Source: Candidatus Saccharimonadales bacterium (lineage in GTDB: Bacteria > Patescibacteriota > Saccharimonadia > Saccharimonadales > EFPC-124). From it: DNA of 64,000 nt. The DNA lies in the NCBI GenBank assembly GCA_035457485.1, contig DATIBO010000006.1:434659-498658 (forward strand). Reading direction: 5' to 3'. Shown here one piece after another: positions 16,495 to 26,088 of the stretch; the first letter of the stretch is position 1; each line of letters starts with the position of its first letter. A model generated the notes under the pieces. That model saw only the letters and a list, made by a program, of their open reading frames with translations. It ran no database searches and was not told the DNA's origin. A program made the translations under genes and the position numbers.

Positions 16495-17391
16495 ATGGTC
16501 AAAAAAACTAAGCAAATTACAAAAGCCAATTCCAAACCGCTACCAAAAATCAGCCAGCATATTAAACAGACTTTCGGATTTTTGTGGCAAGAAAAAAAGC
16601 TCTTTGGAGTTATTGCATTATCTTATGCTTTGATCTTCTATTTGTTTGCGGGCGGGGTTACACAAGCAAGCTTTTTGCAATTTAAGCAAGCTGCAACTTC
16701 TTTACTGAGCAATCAGGTAGATGGTGTGAGTGTGTCAACAATGCTACTATTGGCGACAGTTTCGGGTGAAGGTCAAAACGGTAGCGGCGAACTTTATACA
16801 TTTATCGGTTTCGCCGCCTTTTTGGTTTTTTTCTTAATTATCATCTGGACTGCCCGTGCGCGCATGGCAGGTATTGCAATTAGGATTCGTGATTCGTTTT
16901 ATAGCTCAACAGGTCCACTAATTCAGACGATCATAGTATTTTTAGTAATTGGGATCCAATTTTTACCTGCTGCCGTAGGATTGTATGTAATATTGTTATC
17001 GCAAGCTGGAATTTGGGCGCAGAATGCTCTTGAAAGCGCGATAACATATGGTCTGGGGATCTTACTTTTTGCCGTAACACTATACTATTTAGTCAGCTCA
17101 AGCATCGCTTCTATGATAGTTGCCGCTCCACAGACCTCACCGCTAGGAGCACTAAAAGCTGCTCGCGAACTTGTGCACGGTCGCCGATGGAACATATTTT
17201 TACGCCTCTTTGTTTTGATCGTGGTGCTAATTGTTATATGGGCAGTGATTTTGCCGGCAGCGCTTTTGCTTGCCTACAATCTGCAAATCGACTGGCTGCC
17301 AATTGTTCCAATAACCTTACAACTGCTTAATGCATTTAGCTTAGTTTTTGCAACAGTTTACATTTATAGACTTTATCGCTCCCTTATATGA
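16495..17391 (+). CDS. hypothetical multi-pass membrane protein
   Basis: 298-aa hydrophobic ORF, coupled to neighbours by 2-4 nt gaps or overlaps. Confidence 0.5.
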   Translation: MVKKTKQITKANSKPLPKISQHIKQTFGFLWQEKKLFGVIALSYALIFYLFAGGVTQASFLQFKQAATSLLSNQVDGVSVSTMLLLATVSGEGQNGSGELYTFIGFAAFLVFFLIIIWTARARMAGIAIRIRDSFYSSTGPLIQTIIVFLVIGIQFLPAAVGLYVILLSQAGIWAQNALESAITYGLGILLFAVTLYYLVSSSIASMIVAAPQTSPLGALKAARELVHGRRWNIFLRLFVLIVVLIVIWAVILPAALLLAYNLQIDWLPIVPITLQLLNAFSLVFATVYIYRLYRSLI

Positions 17392-19403
17392 ACAAAACAC
17401 AAGCATCTGATCGAATTCATAAACTTCGGGATCTCATAAACGAGTATCGATACGAGTATCACGTAAACAACCGCTCAATTATGAGCGAGGCAGCCGCAGA
17501 TGGTTTAAAGCACGAGCTTGCTGAACTAGAAGGTGAATTTCCGGATCTTGTAACGCCTGATTCACCAACTCAGCGCGTGGCCGGCGAGCCGCTGCCACAA
17601 TTTGTTAGTGCAGAGCACAAGTATCCGATGCTCAGTTTGAATGACGTTTTTGATCAAGGGGAGGTATCGGCCTGGGAGGCTAGAATCCAAAAATTAGTTC
17701 CTGGTCAAAAATTAGAATACTTTGCTGATATTAAAATGGACGGTTTAGCGTGCTCGCTGGTTTACCAAAACGGCATTTTAGTTAGGGCGCTAACCAGGGG
17801 CAATGGACGAGTCGGCGAGGATGTAACCGCAAACTTAAGAACGCTTGAATCCGTTCCGTTAAAACTTAATAAATCCGCTCAAACAACTACTTTTGAGCAA
17901 GGTTACACAGAAGTTCGGGGCGAAATCGTCATGTATAAATCTGACTTTGAGGCTCTTAACGAACAGCGTGCAAAAGCTGGATTGCCACTTTTTGCCAATC
18001 CACGAAACTTGGCCGCGGGTACCGTGCGTCAACTCGATCCAAAGTTAGTTGTCGGGCGCCCACTTAAATTTAGAGCTTGGGATCTAAGACGCGATGATTC
18101 TAGTGAGGTTCCTACCAATGAGTTTTGCTACGAAATATTAGCTAAACTTGGTTTTTTGGTTAACGATCAGGCCGAGCTTGTAGGCAGCGTGACGGACGTA
18201 ATGAAGTTTGCTAAAAAATGGGAAGAAAAACGCCTAAGACTGCCGTTTAATACAGACGGCTTGGTGGTAAAAGTAAACGACCGCGCGGTTTTTGAAAAAC
18301 TTGGGGTAGTGGGTAAAGCTCCTCGCGGAGCAGTCGCTTATAAATATCCAGCCGAGCAGGCAACCACAAAGGTTAAGGACATTTTTGTGAGCATTGGTCG
18401 AACTGGCGCGGCAACGCCGGTGGCAGTTTTAGAACCTGTAGTCGTCGCTGGATCAACAGTGCAAATGGCAACTTTGCATAACGAGGGCGAAGTTAAACGC
18501 AAGGATGTAAGGGTTGGAGATACTGTAATTATTCACAAGGCTGGCGATATCATCCCTGAGGTAGTAGAGGTTTTAAAAACGCTCCGTACCGGTAAGGAAC
18601 AACCTTTTGAAATGCCAAAAAAATGTCCGGAATGTGGTAGTGACCTAAAAAAAGAAGATGCCGAAGCTGTGTGGCGCTGCCTAAATTACGCCTGTCCAGC
18701 TCGAGTTCACAACCAGATCCAACATTACACCAGTAAATCAGCTTTAGATATTGAGGGTATGGGCGAAAAGAACGTTTTGGCTCTCCTGGATGCAAATTTG
18801 ATTCGCGACCCGGCAGATTTATATACATTGACCAAGGATCAGTTGCTGAAGCTTGATAGGTTTGCAGAGATTTCGGCTAGCAAATTAATTGACGCGATTG
18901 CCGTAAAAAAGCATCCGAGCCTGAGCCATTTTATTTATGCTCTAGGAATAAGGCACGTTGGCGCGCAGACTGCGGTAGATTTAAGCAATAAATTTGGTAA
19001 CCTAGATAGCTTAAGCAGCGCAACGATTGATGAGCTGAGACAAGTTGAAGGTGTTGGTGAGGTTGTGGCCGAGAGTATTATGACGTGGTTTGCAAGCGCC
19101 CAGAACCAGCAGTTGTTGGCGAAGTTTGCAAACGCTGGCGTAGAACCGATGGAAGTAAAACGCGTGAACGGTGGTAAACTTCAGGGATTGGGTTTCGTGG
19201 TTTCTGGAACTCTGGAAACCATGGAGCGCGAACAAGCAGGCGACAAGATTCGACAGCTTGGCGGAACTTTTCAGTCGTCTGTTGGAAAAAACACAGACTA
19301 TTTGGTTTTAGGTGAAAATCCCGGTGCCTCTAAAGTCGCTAAAGCCGAAAAGCTGGGAACGCGAATTATCGACGAAAAAATGCTGCTAAAAATGCTACAA
19401 TAG
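17388..19403 (+). CDS. ligA: NAD-dependent DNA ligase
   Basis: KMDG adenylation motif, four-Cys zinc finger (CPECGS...CLNYACPA), HhH and C-terminal BRCT regions. Confidence 0.95.
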   Translation: MNKTQASDRIHKLRDLINEYRYEYHVNNRSIMSEAAADGLKHELAELEGEFPDLVTPDSPTQRVAGEPLPQFVSAEHKYPMLSLNDVFDQGEVSAWEARIQKLVPGQKLEYFADIKMDGLACSLVYQNGILVRALTRGNGRVGEDVTANLRTLESVPLKLNKSAQTTTFEQGYTEVRGEIVMYKSDFEALNEQRAKAGLPLFANPRNLAAGTVRQLDPKLVVGRPLKFRAWDLRRDDSSEVPTNEFCYEILAKLGFLVNDQAELVGSVTDVMKFAKKWEEKRLRLPFNTDGLVVKVNDRAVFEKLGVVGKAPRGAVAYKYPAEQATTKVKDIFVSIGRTGAATPVAVLEPVVVAGSTVQMATLHNEGEVKRKDVRVGDTVIIHKAGDIIPEVVEVLKTLRTGKEQPFEMPKKCPECGSDLKKEDAEAVWRCLNYACPARVHNQIQHYTSKSALDIEGMGEKNVLALLDANLIRDPADLYTLTKDQLLKLDRFAEISASKLIDAIAVKKHPSLSHFIYALGIRHVGAQTAVDLSNKFGNLDSLSSATIDELRQVEGVGEVVAESIMTWFASAQNQQLLAKFANAGVEPMEVKRVNGGKLQGLGFVVSGTLETMEREQAGDKIRQLGGTFQSSVGKNTDYLVLGENPGASKVAKAEKLGTRIIDEKMLLKMLQ

Positions 19404-20113
19404 TGCTTATGGAAAAGCGCAAATTTAGTATGGGTGGTATGTTTTGCTTTTCGCCTCCAGTAATGATTGCAACTTTTTTTATCGAGATTATCCTGGCTTT
19501 AGCGGTTATCTGGAAATATAAACTTAATCCAATCAGCAGGCTTGTAGTTTTAATACTTCTGTTTTTAGCCATTTTCCAGGTGGCAGAATTTATGATTTGC
19601 GAAGCTTGGGGTTTTGGTTCGCTGGCTTGGTCACGCGTTGGACACGTTGCGATTACTATGCTGCCACCTCTGGGGATTCACTTAGCTTACGAAATTGCTG
19701 GCGCCAAAAAGCGCGCGCTTCTTTTGCCAGCTTATCTTACGGCTGGTGCTTTTGTCGTCTTCTTTTTGTTTGTGGGCGGATCGCTTGAGACTGCTGCTTG
19801 CTTAGGTAATTACGTAATCTTTGAAATGGCAAAAAGTGCAGTTTGGCTTTACGTACTTTATTATTACGGATGGCTTTTTGCCACAATATGGCTGTGCAAT
19901 AAACTTATCGAGCAGACTAAAAAGGTTAAAACCAAACATGCGTTATACGGATTGGCTGCGGGTTACGCCGCTTTTATTTTACCCACGGCCACAGTTAACT
20001 TAATTGATCCTAGTACAGTTGCTGGCATACCGTCGATAATGTGTGGATTTGCCGTTTTACTTGCACTGGCTTTAGTGTTTTGGGTTTTACCCAAAAGCCA
20101 GGCAAAAGCTTAA
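19403..20113 (+). CDS. hypothetical multi-pass membrane protein
   Basis: 236-aa hydrophobic ORF. Its start overlaps the ligA stop. Confidence 0.5.
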   Translation: MLMEKRKFSMGGMFCFSPPVMIATFFIEIILALAVIWKYKLNPISRLVVLILLFLAIFQVAEFMICEAWGFGSLAWSRVGHVAITMLPPLGIHLAYEIAGAKKRALLLPAYLTAGAFVVFFLFVGGSLETAACLGNYVIFEMAKSAVWLYVLYYYGWLFATIWLCNKLIEQTKKVKTKHALYGLAAGYAAFILPTATVNLIDPSTVAGIPSIMCGFAVLLALALVFWVLPKSQAKA

Positions 20114-20279
20114 TTTAGCTTTCGCGTGGCGCGTTTTTCGCTTTTGCTCCATTTTGCTTGCACCATAAGCGTAATAATGATTAAATAAATACAAGCTGGT
20201 GCGCTAAGAGGTTCTTGGCGCGATAGGCAAAATAAAAATGTAGCAAAAAGAGCCTCGGGTGGGCGCGCATCGAAGCGAA

Positions 20280-20309
20280 ACTGTCTGTGTATGCAGGCAG
20301 TTTATTTTT
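20280..20309 (+). terminator. orphan rho-independent terminator upstream of tRNA-Ala
   Basis: ACTGTCTG-tgtatg-CAGGCAGT followed by TTATTTTT. Confidence 0.5.
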
Positions 20310-20342
20310 GTGTGGCAATCTGTTAGAATTCAATTTGTATCT

Positions 20343-20419
20343 GGGGCATTGGCGCAGTTGGCTAGCGCGCTTCCATGGCATGGAAGAGGTCAAGGGTTCG
20401 AATCCCTTATGCTCCACCA
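20343..20419 (+). tRNA. tRNA-Ala (GGC), CCA encoded
   Basis: Acceptor GGGGCAT/ATGCTCC with the G3:U70 identity pair. Anticodon loop ATGGCAT. T arm AAGGG-TTCGAAT-CCCTT. Confidence 0.9.
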
Positions 20420-20472
20420 GAATTTATTTATCAAAAACTCGCCGCAAAAGCCTACTAGCGCTATACTATTAA

Positions 20473-21750
20473 ATGATGAAACAGCTTGTAACTAACTTAT
20501 TGGAACTTCAAGCCAAGCGCCTTTTAAAAAAGTTTAAACCTAAGGTTGTGGCGGTTGTCGGTAGTGTTGGTAAAACCAGTACTAAACTTAATATTGCCAC
20601 TGTTTTAAGCGAGCGCTACAAAGTTTTGGCGCACTATGGTAGTTACAACGTGCCTGCTTCGGTGCCGCTGAGTATGTTTAATTTAAAGGCGCCTGCAAAT
20701 GCAAAAAGTCCTTTTGCTTGGATTAAAATCTTATCTCAAATGCAGAAGATTTTAAGTAGTGATTATTCGTTCGATGTTTTAGTTTTAGAACTCGGGACCG
20801 ACCATCCTGGTGAAATAGCTTATTTTAAACGCTATCTAAATCCGGATGTTTCAGTGGTTACCGCAGTTTCGCCGGAACATATGGCTGGCTTCGGCACCCT
20901 AGATGCCGTAGCTAAAGAAGAGCTGGCGGTGACTGAGTATTCAAAATTAACACTTATAAATCGCGATGACATCGATGGTTCTTTTGCAAAGTTAATCCCG
21001 GATGGTACAAATTTGGATACATACGGCACTAGTGGCGTGGCCGAGTATCGATTTGAAACCGATGAATTTGTTCCGGGCAAAGGCTTTACTGGTAAGTTTA
21101 TCTCGCCGGAATTCAAGGAGCTAAAGGTTGTTTTAGGCGTTGTTGGTGAGCATAATGTTCGAACCGTTGTTGCGGCCGGAACGGTTGGGATAAAACTGGG
21201 CTTAAGCGCCGAGCAAGTTGTAGACGGGATGAAAAAGGTCAAACCTGTTATGGGGCGAATGAACCTGCTAAAAGGTCTCGAGAACACCACAATTATCGAT
21301 GACACATATAATTCCAGTCCACTGGCGGCTGTTGCTGCGCTGCAAACTTTGTATCAATTCCAAACGCCGCAACGCATTGCAATTTTAGGTTCAATGAACG
21401 AGCTCGGCGACTATTCTAAACAAGCGCACGAAGAAGTTGCGAGTGCGTGCGATCCGGCCTCTCTGGATTGGGTTGTGACAATTGGCCAAGAAGCTAAAAC
21501 TTACATGACCCCAATTTTGCAAAAAAAAGGTTGCAGGGTCGAAAACTTTACGAGTCCATACGATGCCGGAAATTTTGTCCATAAAATAATGCAGCCAAAA
21601 GCGGTGATTTTAGCAAAAGGCTCGCAAAATGGTGTGTTTGCCGAAGAAGCCGTAAAAATGCTGCTTCATTCAACTACCGAAGAAGAACAGCTTGTACGCC
21701 AAGACCCGGACTGGATGGCGATTAAACAGCAGCAGTTTGGTGAAAAATGA
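20473..21750 (+). CDS. murF: Mur ligase family protein (UDP-MurNAc-tripeptide--D-Ala-D-Ala ligase-like)
   Basis: ATP-binding P-loop VVGSVGKTSTK and DDTYNSSP motif. Confidence 0.75.
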   Translation: MMKQLVTNLLELQAKRLLKKFKPKVVAVVGSVGKTSTKLNIATVLSERYKVLAHYGSYNVPASVPLSMFNLKAPANAKSPFAWIKILSQMQKILSSDYSFDVLVLELGTDHPGEIAYFKRYLNPDVSVVTAVSPEHMAGFGTLDAVAKEELAVTEYSKLTLINRDDIDGSFAKLIPDGTNLDTYGTSGVAEYRFETDEFVPGKGFTGKFISPEFKELKVVLGVVGEHNVRTVVAAGTVGIKLGLSAEQVVDGMKKVKPVMGRMNLLKGLENTTIIDDTYNSSPLAAVAALQTLYQFQTPQRIAILGSMNELGDYSKQAHEEVASACDPASLDWVVTIGQEAKTYMTPILQKKGCRVENFTSPYDAGNFVHKIMQPKAVILAKGSQNGVFAEEAVKMLLHSTTEEEQLVRQDPDWMAIKQQQFGEK

Positions 21751-21916
21751 TCAAAGTGCTCCTAGATTTAGTCTAGCGAAACGGTTATAAAACAGTAGGT
21801 AATCTGTTATAATGTGGCTAATATGCGAAAGTCATGCCTTTTAGCCAGTCTCAACTTGCTCCCTTAGGGGAAATATATTATTTGACTCAAAAATTACTAA
21901 CCTAAAATTTTATTAT

Positions 21917-24838
21917 ATGAAACGCTACAATCCAAACGAAATCGAACCAAAATGGCAAAAAAACTGGGCTGATCAAGGCACTTACAAGGTGAATCTAAAA
22001 GATGACTCACGCCAAAAATATTTTGGCTTTGCGATGCTACCTTATCCGAGCGGGTCTGGCCTGCACACTGGGCACGTTCGCACCTACACCTTAGCCGACG
22101 TAACTGTTCGAGCCAAACGTCAACAGGGCTTTAACGCTTATAACCCAATTGGCTGGGATGCTTTTGGTTTGCCTGCAGAAAATTACGCGATTAAAACTGG
22201 AACTTCGCCAAAAGAAACTACCGATAAAGCGATTGTGCGCTTTAAAGAACAGCTTAGTCGAATCGGCATGAGCTACGACTGGACTAAAGAGATTAACACT
22301 TCTGATCCGGAATACTACCGTTGGACTCAGTGGATTTTTACAAAATTATTCGAGCACGGCTTAGCTTATCAAAAAGAAAGCTTGCAGTGGTGGTGTGACA
22401 TTGATAAAACTGTTTTAGCAAACGAACAAGTTATAGGTGGTAAGTGTTGGCGTCACGACGGACCTAGCGACCCTTTAGTTACTAAAAAAGCGCTCAAGCA
22501 ATGGTTCTTTAAAATTACCGACTACGTTGATGAACTTTTAGATAGTACAGATGATCTTGAGTGGCCAGAATCGATTAAAACTATGCAAAAAAACTGGATC
22601 GGCAAAAGCGTAGGTGCCGAGATCTACTTTAAACTCGATGACAGTGACGAGCAAATAAAAGTTTTTACAACTCGCCCGGATACTCTTTATGGCGCAACTT
22701 TTATTGTCTTGGCACCAGAGCATGAGCTTACGTTGAAGCTTGCGACGTCTGACAACAAGCGCTCGGTAGAAGAATATATTAAGCAAGCCCAAGCAAAAAC
22801 CGATGTAGAGCGTCAAGAAACGGATCGCGAAAAAACTGGGGTTTTTACGGGCAGCTATGCTATTAATCCAATAAACGGTGAAAAAATCCCGGTTTGGACT
22901 GCCGACTACGCACTAAGCGGTTATGGTACGGGTGCGATTATGGCCGTGCCAGCTCACGACGAGCGCGACTTTGAATTTGCTAAAAAGTATGATCTGCCTA
23001 TCGTTGAAGTGGTGGCTCCAGAATTCGGCGAAAAGCGTGAAGACGAACAATTTGTAGATGGTTCTACAGTTTTTGTTTACAGCAAAAGTACTAATAGGTT
23101 CTTAGGCCTTAAGGCAACCGGGGGCACATATTTAGTTGCTGGGGGGATAAACGAAGGTGAAACTCACGAAGCATGCGCACTGCGCGAATTAGGCGAAGAG
23201 GCTGGAATTTACAAAGTGGCAGAACTATATAAGCTTGGTAGTCAAGGTTTTGCACATTATCGTCATGTTGCAAAAAAAGCAAATAGATTTGCGTCAACCC
23301 AGCCCTTTATTGCAATTGTCGAGGATGAAAAAAATGGAGAAGCAAAGCAAGAAATCCACGAAAACTTTACAAACCAATGGATGAGCGGCGATGAGCTTTA
23401 TGCAGAAATTGACAAGCTCGACGGTGGAAAGCATTGGCTAGAAATGTTGCGTCGTGCGATAAGTTTCGTTCGTGACTACAAGGCTGGCAAAATAAACAAT
23501 ACTGGAATTTTCGACGGTAAACTACTTAACGAAGGTATTCTTATCAACTCTGGTGAGTTTAACAATCTTGCGACTTTTGAGGCTCGTGAGAAAGTTGTCG
23601 AACACTTGATTTCCCAGAACAAGGCTAACTGGAGTACTAATTACAAAATCCGCGACTGGCTTATTAGTCGTCAGCGCTATTGGGGTGCGCCAATTCCAAT
23701 TGTGCACTGCGAAAAAGATGGTGCAGTGGCGATCCCAGAAGATCAGTTACCGGTTAAGTTACCGGTAATTACTGATTACAAGGCTGAAGCTGGCAAGTCC
23801 CCGCTAGCCAAAGTTACTGATTGGGTAACTACGACTTGCCCAAAATGTGGTGGTCCAGCGACTCGCGAAACCGACACCATGGATGGCTATGCCTGTAGTA
23901 GCTGGTATTTTTTGCGCTATCTTGATCCGCATAACAACGAGCAGGCATGGGATCCAAAAATTATAAACCATTGGATGCCAATTGACTTTTATAACGGGGC
24001 TGATCACGCGGTTTCGCATTTGCTCTATGCTCGTTTTTGGATGCACTTTTTCCATAAAATTGGCCTAGTTGCAGACCCTGAGCCAGTTAAAAAACTTGTT
24101 TACAATGCATATGTTTTAGCGAGTGATGGCACAAAAATGAGTAAATCTAAAGGTAACGTGGTTGATCCGCTCGAGGTGGTCGAAAGCGGCTACGGCGCTG
24201 ATGCTCTGCGGGTCTACGAAATGTTCTTGGCGCCATTCGATATGGAAGCGCCGTGGGACGACAAAGGCGTGCCGGGGTCTTACCGCTTTTTGCGTCGAGT
24301 TTGGGATGTCACGCAAGAATTTTTGGCCGCTGGCGATTTAACTGACGATAAAAATAGTGAGTTAGACAAGGTTACGAATAAAACCGTTAAAAAAGTTACA
24401 GCCGATATCGAGGTTACAAAATTCAATACCGCGATAGCTGCAATGATGGAAATGGTGAATTTTCTATACAAGTTTAAGGCCGAGAATGCAATAAATACTA
24501 ATCAGTTTAAGCAAACTTTACAAAGTTTATTGCGGCTACTTGCGCCGTTCGCGCCGCATATTTCGGAAGAACTTTGGTATCAGCTGGGTGCGAAAAACAC
24601 CATACACATTGATAATTGGCCCATTTGGGATGAAAATGCTATAAAAGTAGACTCAATTACGATCGTAGTTCAGGTTAATGGTAAGCTTCGTGCGAAGCTG
24701 CAAATGCCTGCCGACGCTAACCAAAAACAGATTGAAGAGCAAGCTAAAATTGACGAATCGGTAGCCAAATATCTGGCAGGCACACAGCCAAAGCGCGTGA
24801 TTTACGTGCCGGGTAAACTGTTGAATATTGTTGTTTGA
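21917..24838 (+). CDS. leuS: leucine--tRNA ligase with an internal Nudix-domain insertion
   Basis: HTGH (HIGH-type) and KMSKS motifs. CP1 editing TTRPDT and AHDERDFEFA motifs. About 150 extra residues containing a complete Nudix box lie at 23141-23209. Confidence 0.95.
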   Translation: MKRYNPNEIEPKWQKNWADQGTYKVNLKDDSRQKYFGFAMLPYPSGSGLHTGHVRTYTLADVTVRAKRQQGFNAYNPIGWDAFGLPAENYAIKTGTSPKETTDKAIVRFKEQLSRIGMSYDWTKEINTSDPEYYRWTQWIFTKLFEHGLAYQKESLQWWCDIDKTVLANEQVIGGKCWRHDGPSDPLVTKKALKQWFFKITDYVDELLDSTDDLEWPESIKTMQKNWIGKSVGAEIYFKLDDSDEQIKVFTTRPDTLYGATFIVLAPEHELTLKLATSDNKRSVEEYIKQAQAKTDVERQETDREKTGVFTGSYAINPINGEKIPVWTADYALSGYGTGAIMAVPAHDERDFEFAKKYDLPIVEVVAPEFGEKREDEQFVDGSTVFVYSKSTNRFLGLKATGGTYLVAGGINEGETHEACALRELGEEAGIYKVAELYKLGSQGFAHYRHVAKKANRFASTQPFIAIVEDEKNGEAKQEIHENFTNQWMSGDELYAEIDKLDGGKHWLEMLRRAISFVRDYKAGKINNTGIFDGKLLNEGILINSGEFNNLATFEAREKVVEHLISQNKANWSTNYKIRDWLISRQRYWGAPIPIVHCEKDGAVAIPEDQLPVKLPVITDYKAEAGKSPLAKVTDWVTTTCPKCGGPATRETDTMDGYACSSWYFLRYLDPHNNEQAWDPKIINHWMPIDFYNGADHAVSHLLYARFWMHFFHKIGLVADPEPVKKLVYNAYVLASDGTKMSKSKGNVVDPLEVVESGYGADALRVYEMFLAPFDMEAPWDDKGVPGSYRFLRRVWDVTQEFLAAGDLTDDKNSELDKVTNKTVKKVTADIEVTKFNTAIAAMMEMVNFLYKFKAENAINTNQFKQTLQSLLRLLAPFAPHISEELWYQLGAKNTIHIDNWPIWDENAIKVDSITIVVQVNGKLRAKLQMPADANQKQIEEQAKIDESVAKYLAGTQPKRVIYVPGKLLNIVV

Positions 24839-24953
24839 TTTCGCCGTGGTTGGCGGGGTGGCCTCAGACATTGTGCTGGTGCTTGCCGATCGGTCATTTT
24901 TAGAGTATAATTGGCCCAAGTTATATCAGTAATCAAAGGAGGTTTTCTCTTTT

Positions 24954-25112
24954 ATGGGTAAGCCAAAAAAGCAGACGTCACCACGTAAGACCGGTTTGCG
25001 TCGCAGTCATTTAGTAGTAAAATTAGCACGCACAGTTAACGCAAAATCACCAGTTAAAGCGTATACAACTCGTCGTGAAAGCGGTAAAAAACTTGCCGCT
25101 GAAGTTAAGTAA
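24954..25112 (+). CDS. rpmF: 50S ribosomal protein L32
   Basis: 52-aa ORF not in the track: MGKPKKQTSPRKTGLRRSH... (PKxxTSxxxxxxRRSH pattern). AAGGAGG lies 11 nt upstream. Confidence 0.8.
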   Translation: MGKPKKQTSPRKTGLRRSHLVVKLARTVNAKSPVKAYTTRRESGKKLAAEVK

Positions 25113-25142
25113 ACTAAAATAGTAAATTAAAATTTTGACATT

Positions 25143-25604
25143 ATGGCATCTAATCGTCACCTAGGTCGCATAATTGCACTACAAACTCTATACGAATATG
25201 AGTTTAGAGTTGATAGTGGCGATGAAACAGTAGCACTCGATGAAGTTTTATCGAGGAATCTTGATCGTTACAGCGAAGCTATAGAAGACAAAAGTTTTGT
25301 CGAAAAGCTTACAAAAGGCGTTCAAGGCGCTGTTTCAAAGTTAGATGCCTTAATCCAGCCAATTGCACCTGAATGGCCAATTGAACAGATATCGCGCATT
25401 GATCGCACGATTCTTCGTATGGCCGTATTTGAGCTAACACAAATGCAGGATTTGGTACCGCCAAAAGTTGCAATTAACGAAGCGGTTGAGCTCGCTAAAG
25501 CATTTGGCTCGGAAAACTCGTCGAAGTTTGTTAACGGTGTGTTGGGTACGGCCTACCGCACACTTGTAGAAGGTAAAAAAGCCGATGCAAGTACCAGTTC
25601 CTAG
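25143..25604 (+). CDS. nusB: transcription antitermination factor NusB
   Basis: RIIALQTLYEYEF..., ILRMAVFEL, INEAVELAK and FVNGVLG motifs. Confidence 0.85.
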   Translation: MASNRHLGRIIALQTLYEYEFRVDSGDETVALDEVLSRNLDRYSEAIEDKSFVEKLTKGVQGAVSKLDALIQPIAPEWPIEQISRIDRTILRMAVFELTQMQDLVPPKVAINEAVELAKAFGSENSSKFVNGVLGTAYRTLVEGKKADASTSS

Positions 25605-26088
25605 GTTCGAAAGGTTCAAAAAGTATTTTCAACGCCGAAAACCAGCAATACAAGAAGTAGTGCGAGAACAGACTGCCGGCGGTGTTGTTTTTAGACGCAA
25701 CGAAAAGACTAATGAGATCGAAGTTTTGCTGACTCAAGATGCCAAAGATCGTTGGACTATTCCTAAAGGTCACATCGAAGAAGGTGAGACCGCCAAAGAG
25801 ACCGCCGAGCGCGAAGTTCGTGAAGAAACCGGCTTGCAAAAAATGGAAGTCATGAATTGGCTTGGAAAAATCAACTTTCGCTATCGCCGTCAACAAAGCT
25901 TAATTTTAATGACTACGCAGATTTACTTAATTCGTGGCTTAGGTGATACGAACGCGCTTACCAAAGAAGATTGGATGAACGGAATTGGGTGGTTTAAAGT
26001 TCACGACGCTCTTGATATGATTGAATATGAAGACATAACTAAGTTACTTTTATTAGCAATGAAACGAATCCGACATGCAGGATATTAG
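25585..26088 (+). CDS. NUDIX hydrolase
   Basis: Nudix box GHIEEGETAKETAEREVREETGL. Confidence 0.8.
   Translation: MQVPVPRFERFKKYFQRRKPAIQEVVREQTAGGVVFRRNEKTNEIEVLLTQDAKDRWTIPKGHIEEGETAKETAEREVREETGLQKMEVMNWLGKINFRYRRQQSLILMTTQIYLIRGLGDTNALTKEDWMNGIGWFKVHDALDMIEYEDITKLLLLAMKRIRHAGY

Noticed and set aside
20190-20280. SRP (4.5S) RNA or 6S RNA in the gap before tRNA-Ala.
   Set aside because: The conserved SRP helix-8 motif is absent and the length is too short for 6S. It is kept only as an unclassified sRNA candidate.
20181-20495. Three ORFs (20181-20417 minus, 20259-20495 plus, 20287-20472 plus).
   Set aside because: All overlap the tRNA-Ala gene and its terminator/promoter region. None has an RBS.
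21751-21916. Possible T-box or attenuator upstream of leuS.
   Set aside because: Only a short GGCTAA...TTAGCC stem is visible. There is no T-box consensus, specifier-loop architecture or terminator/antiterminator pair.
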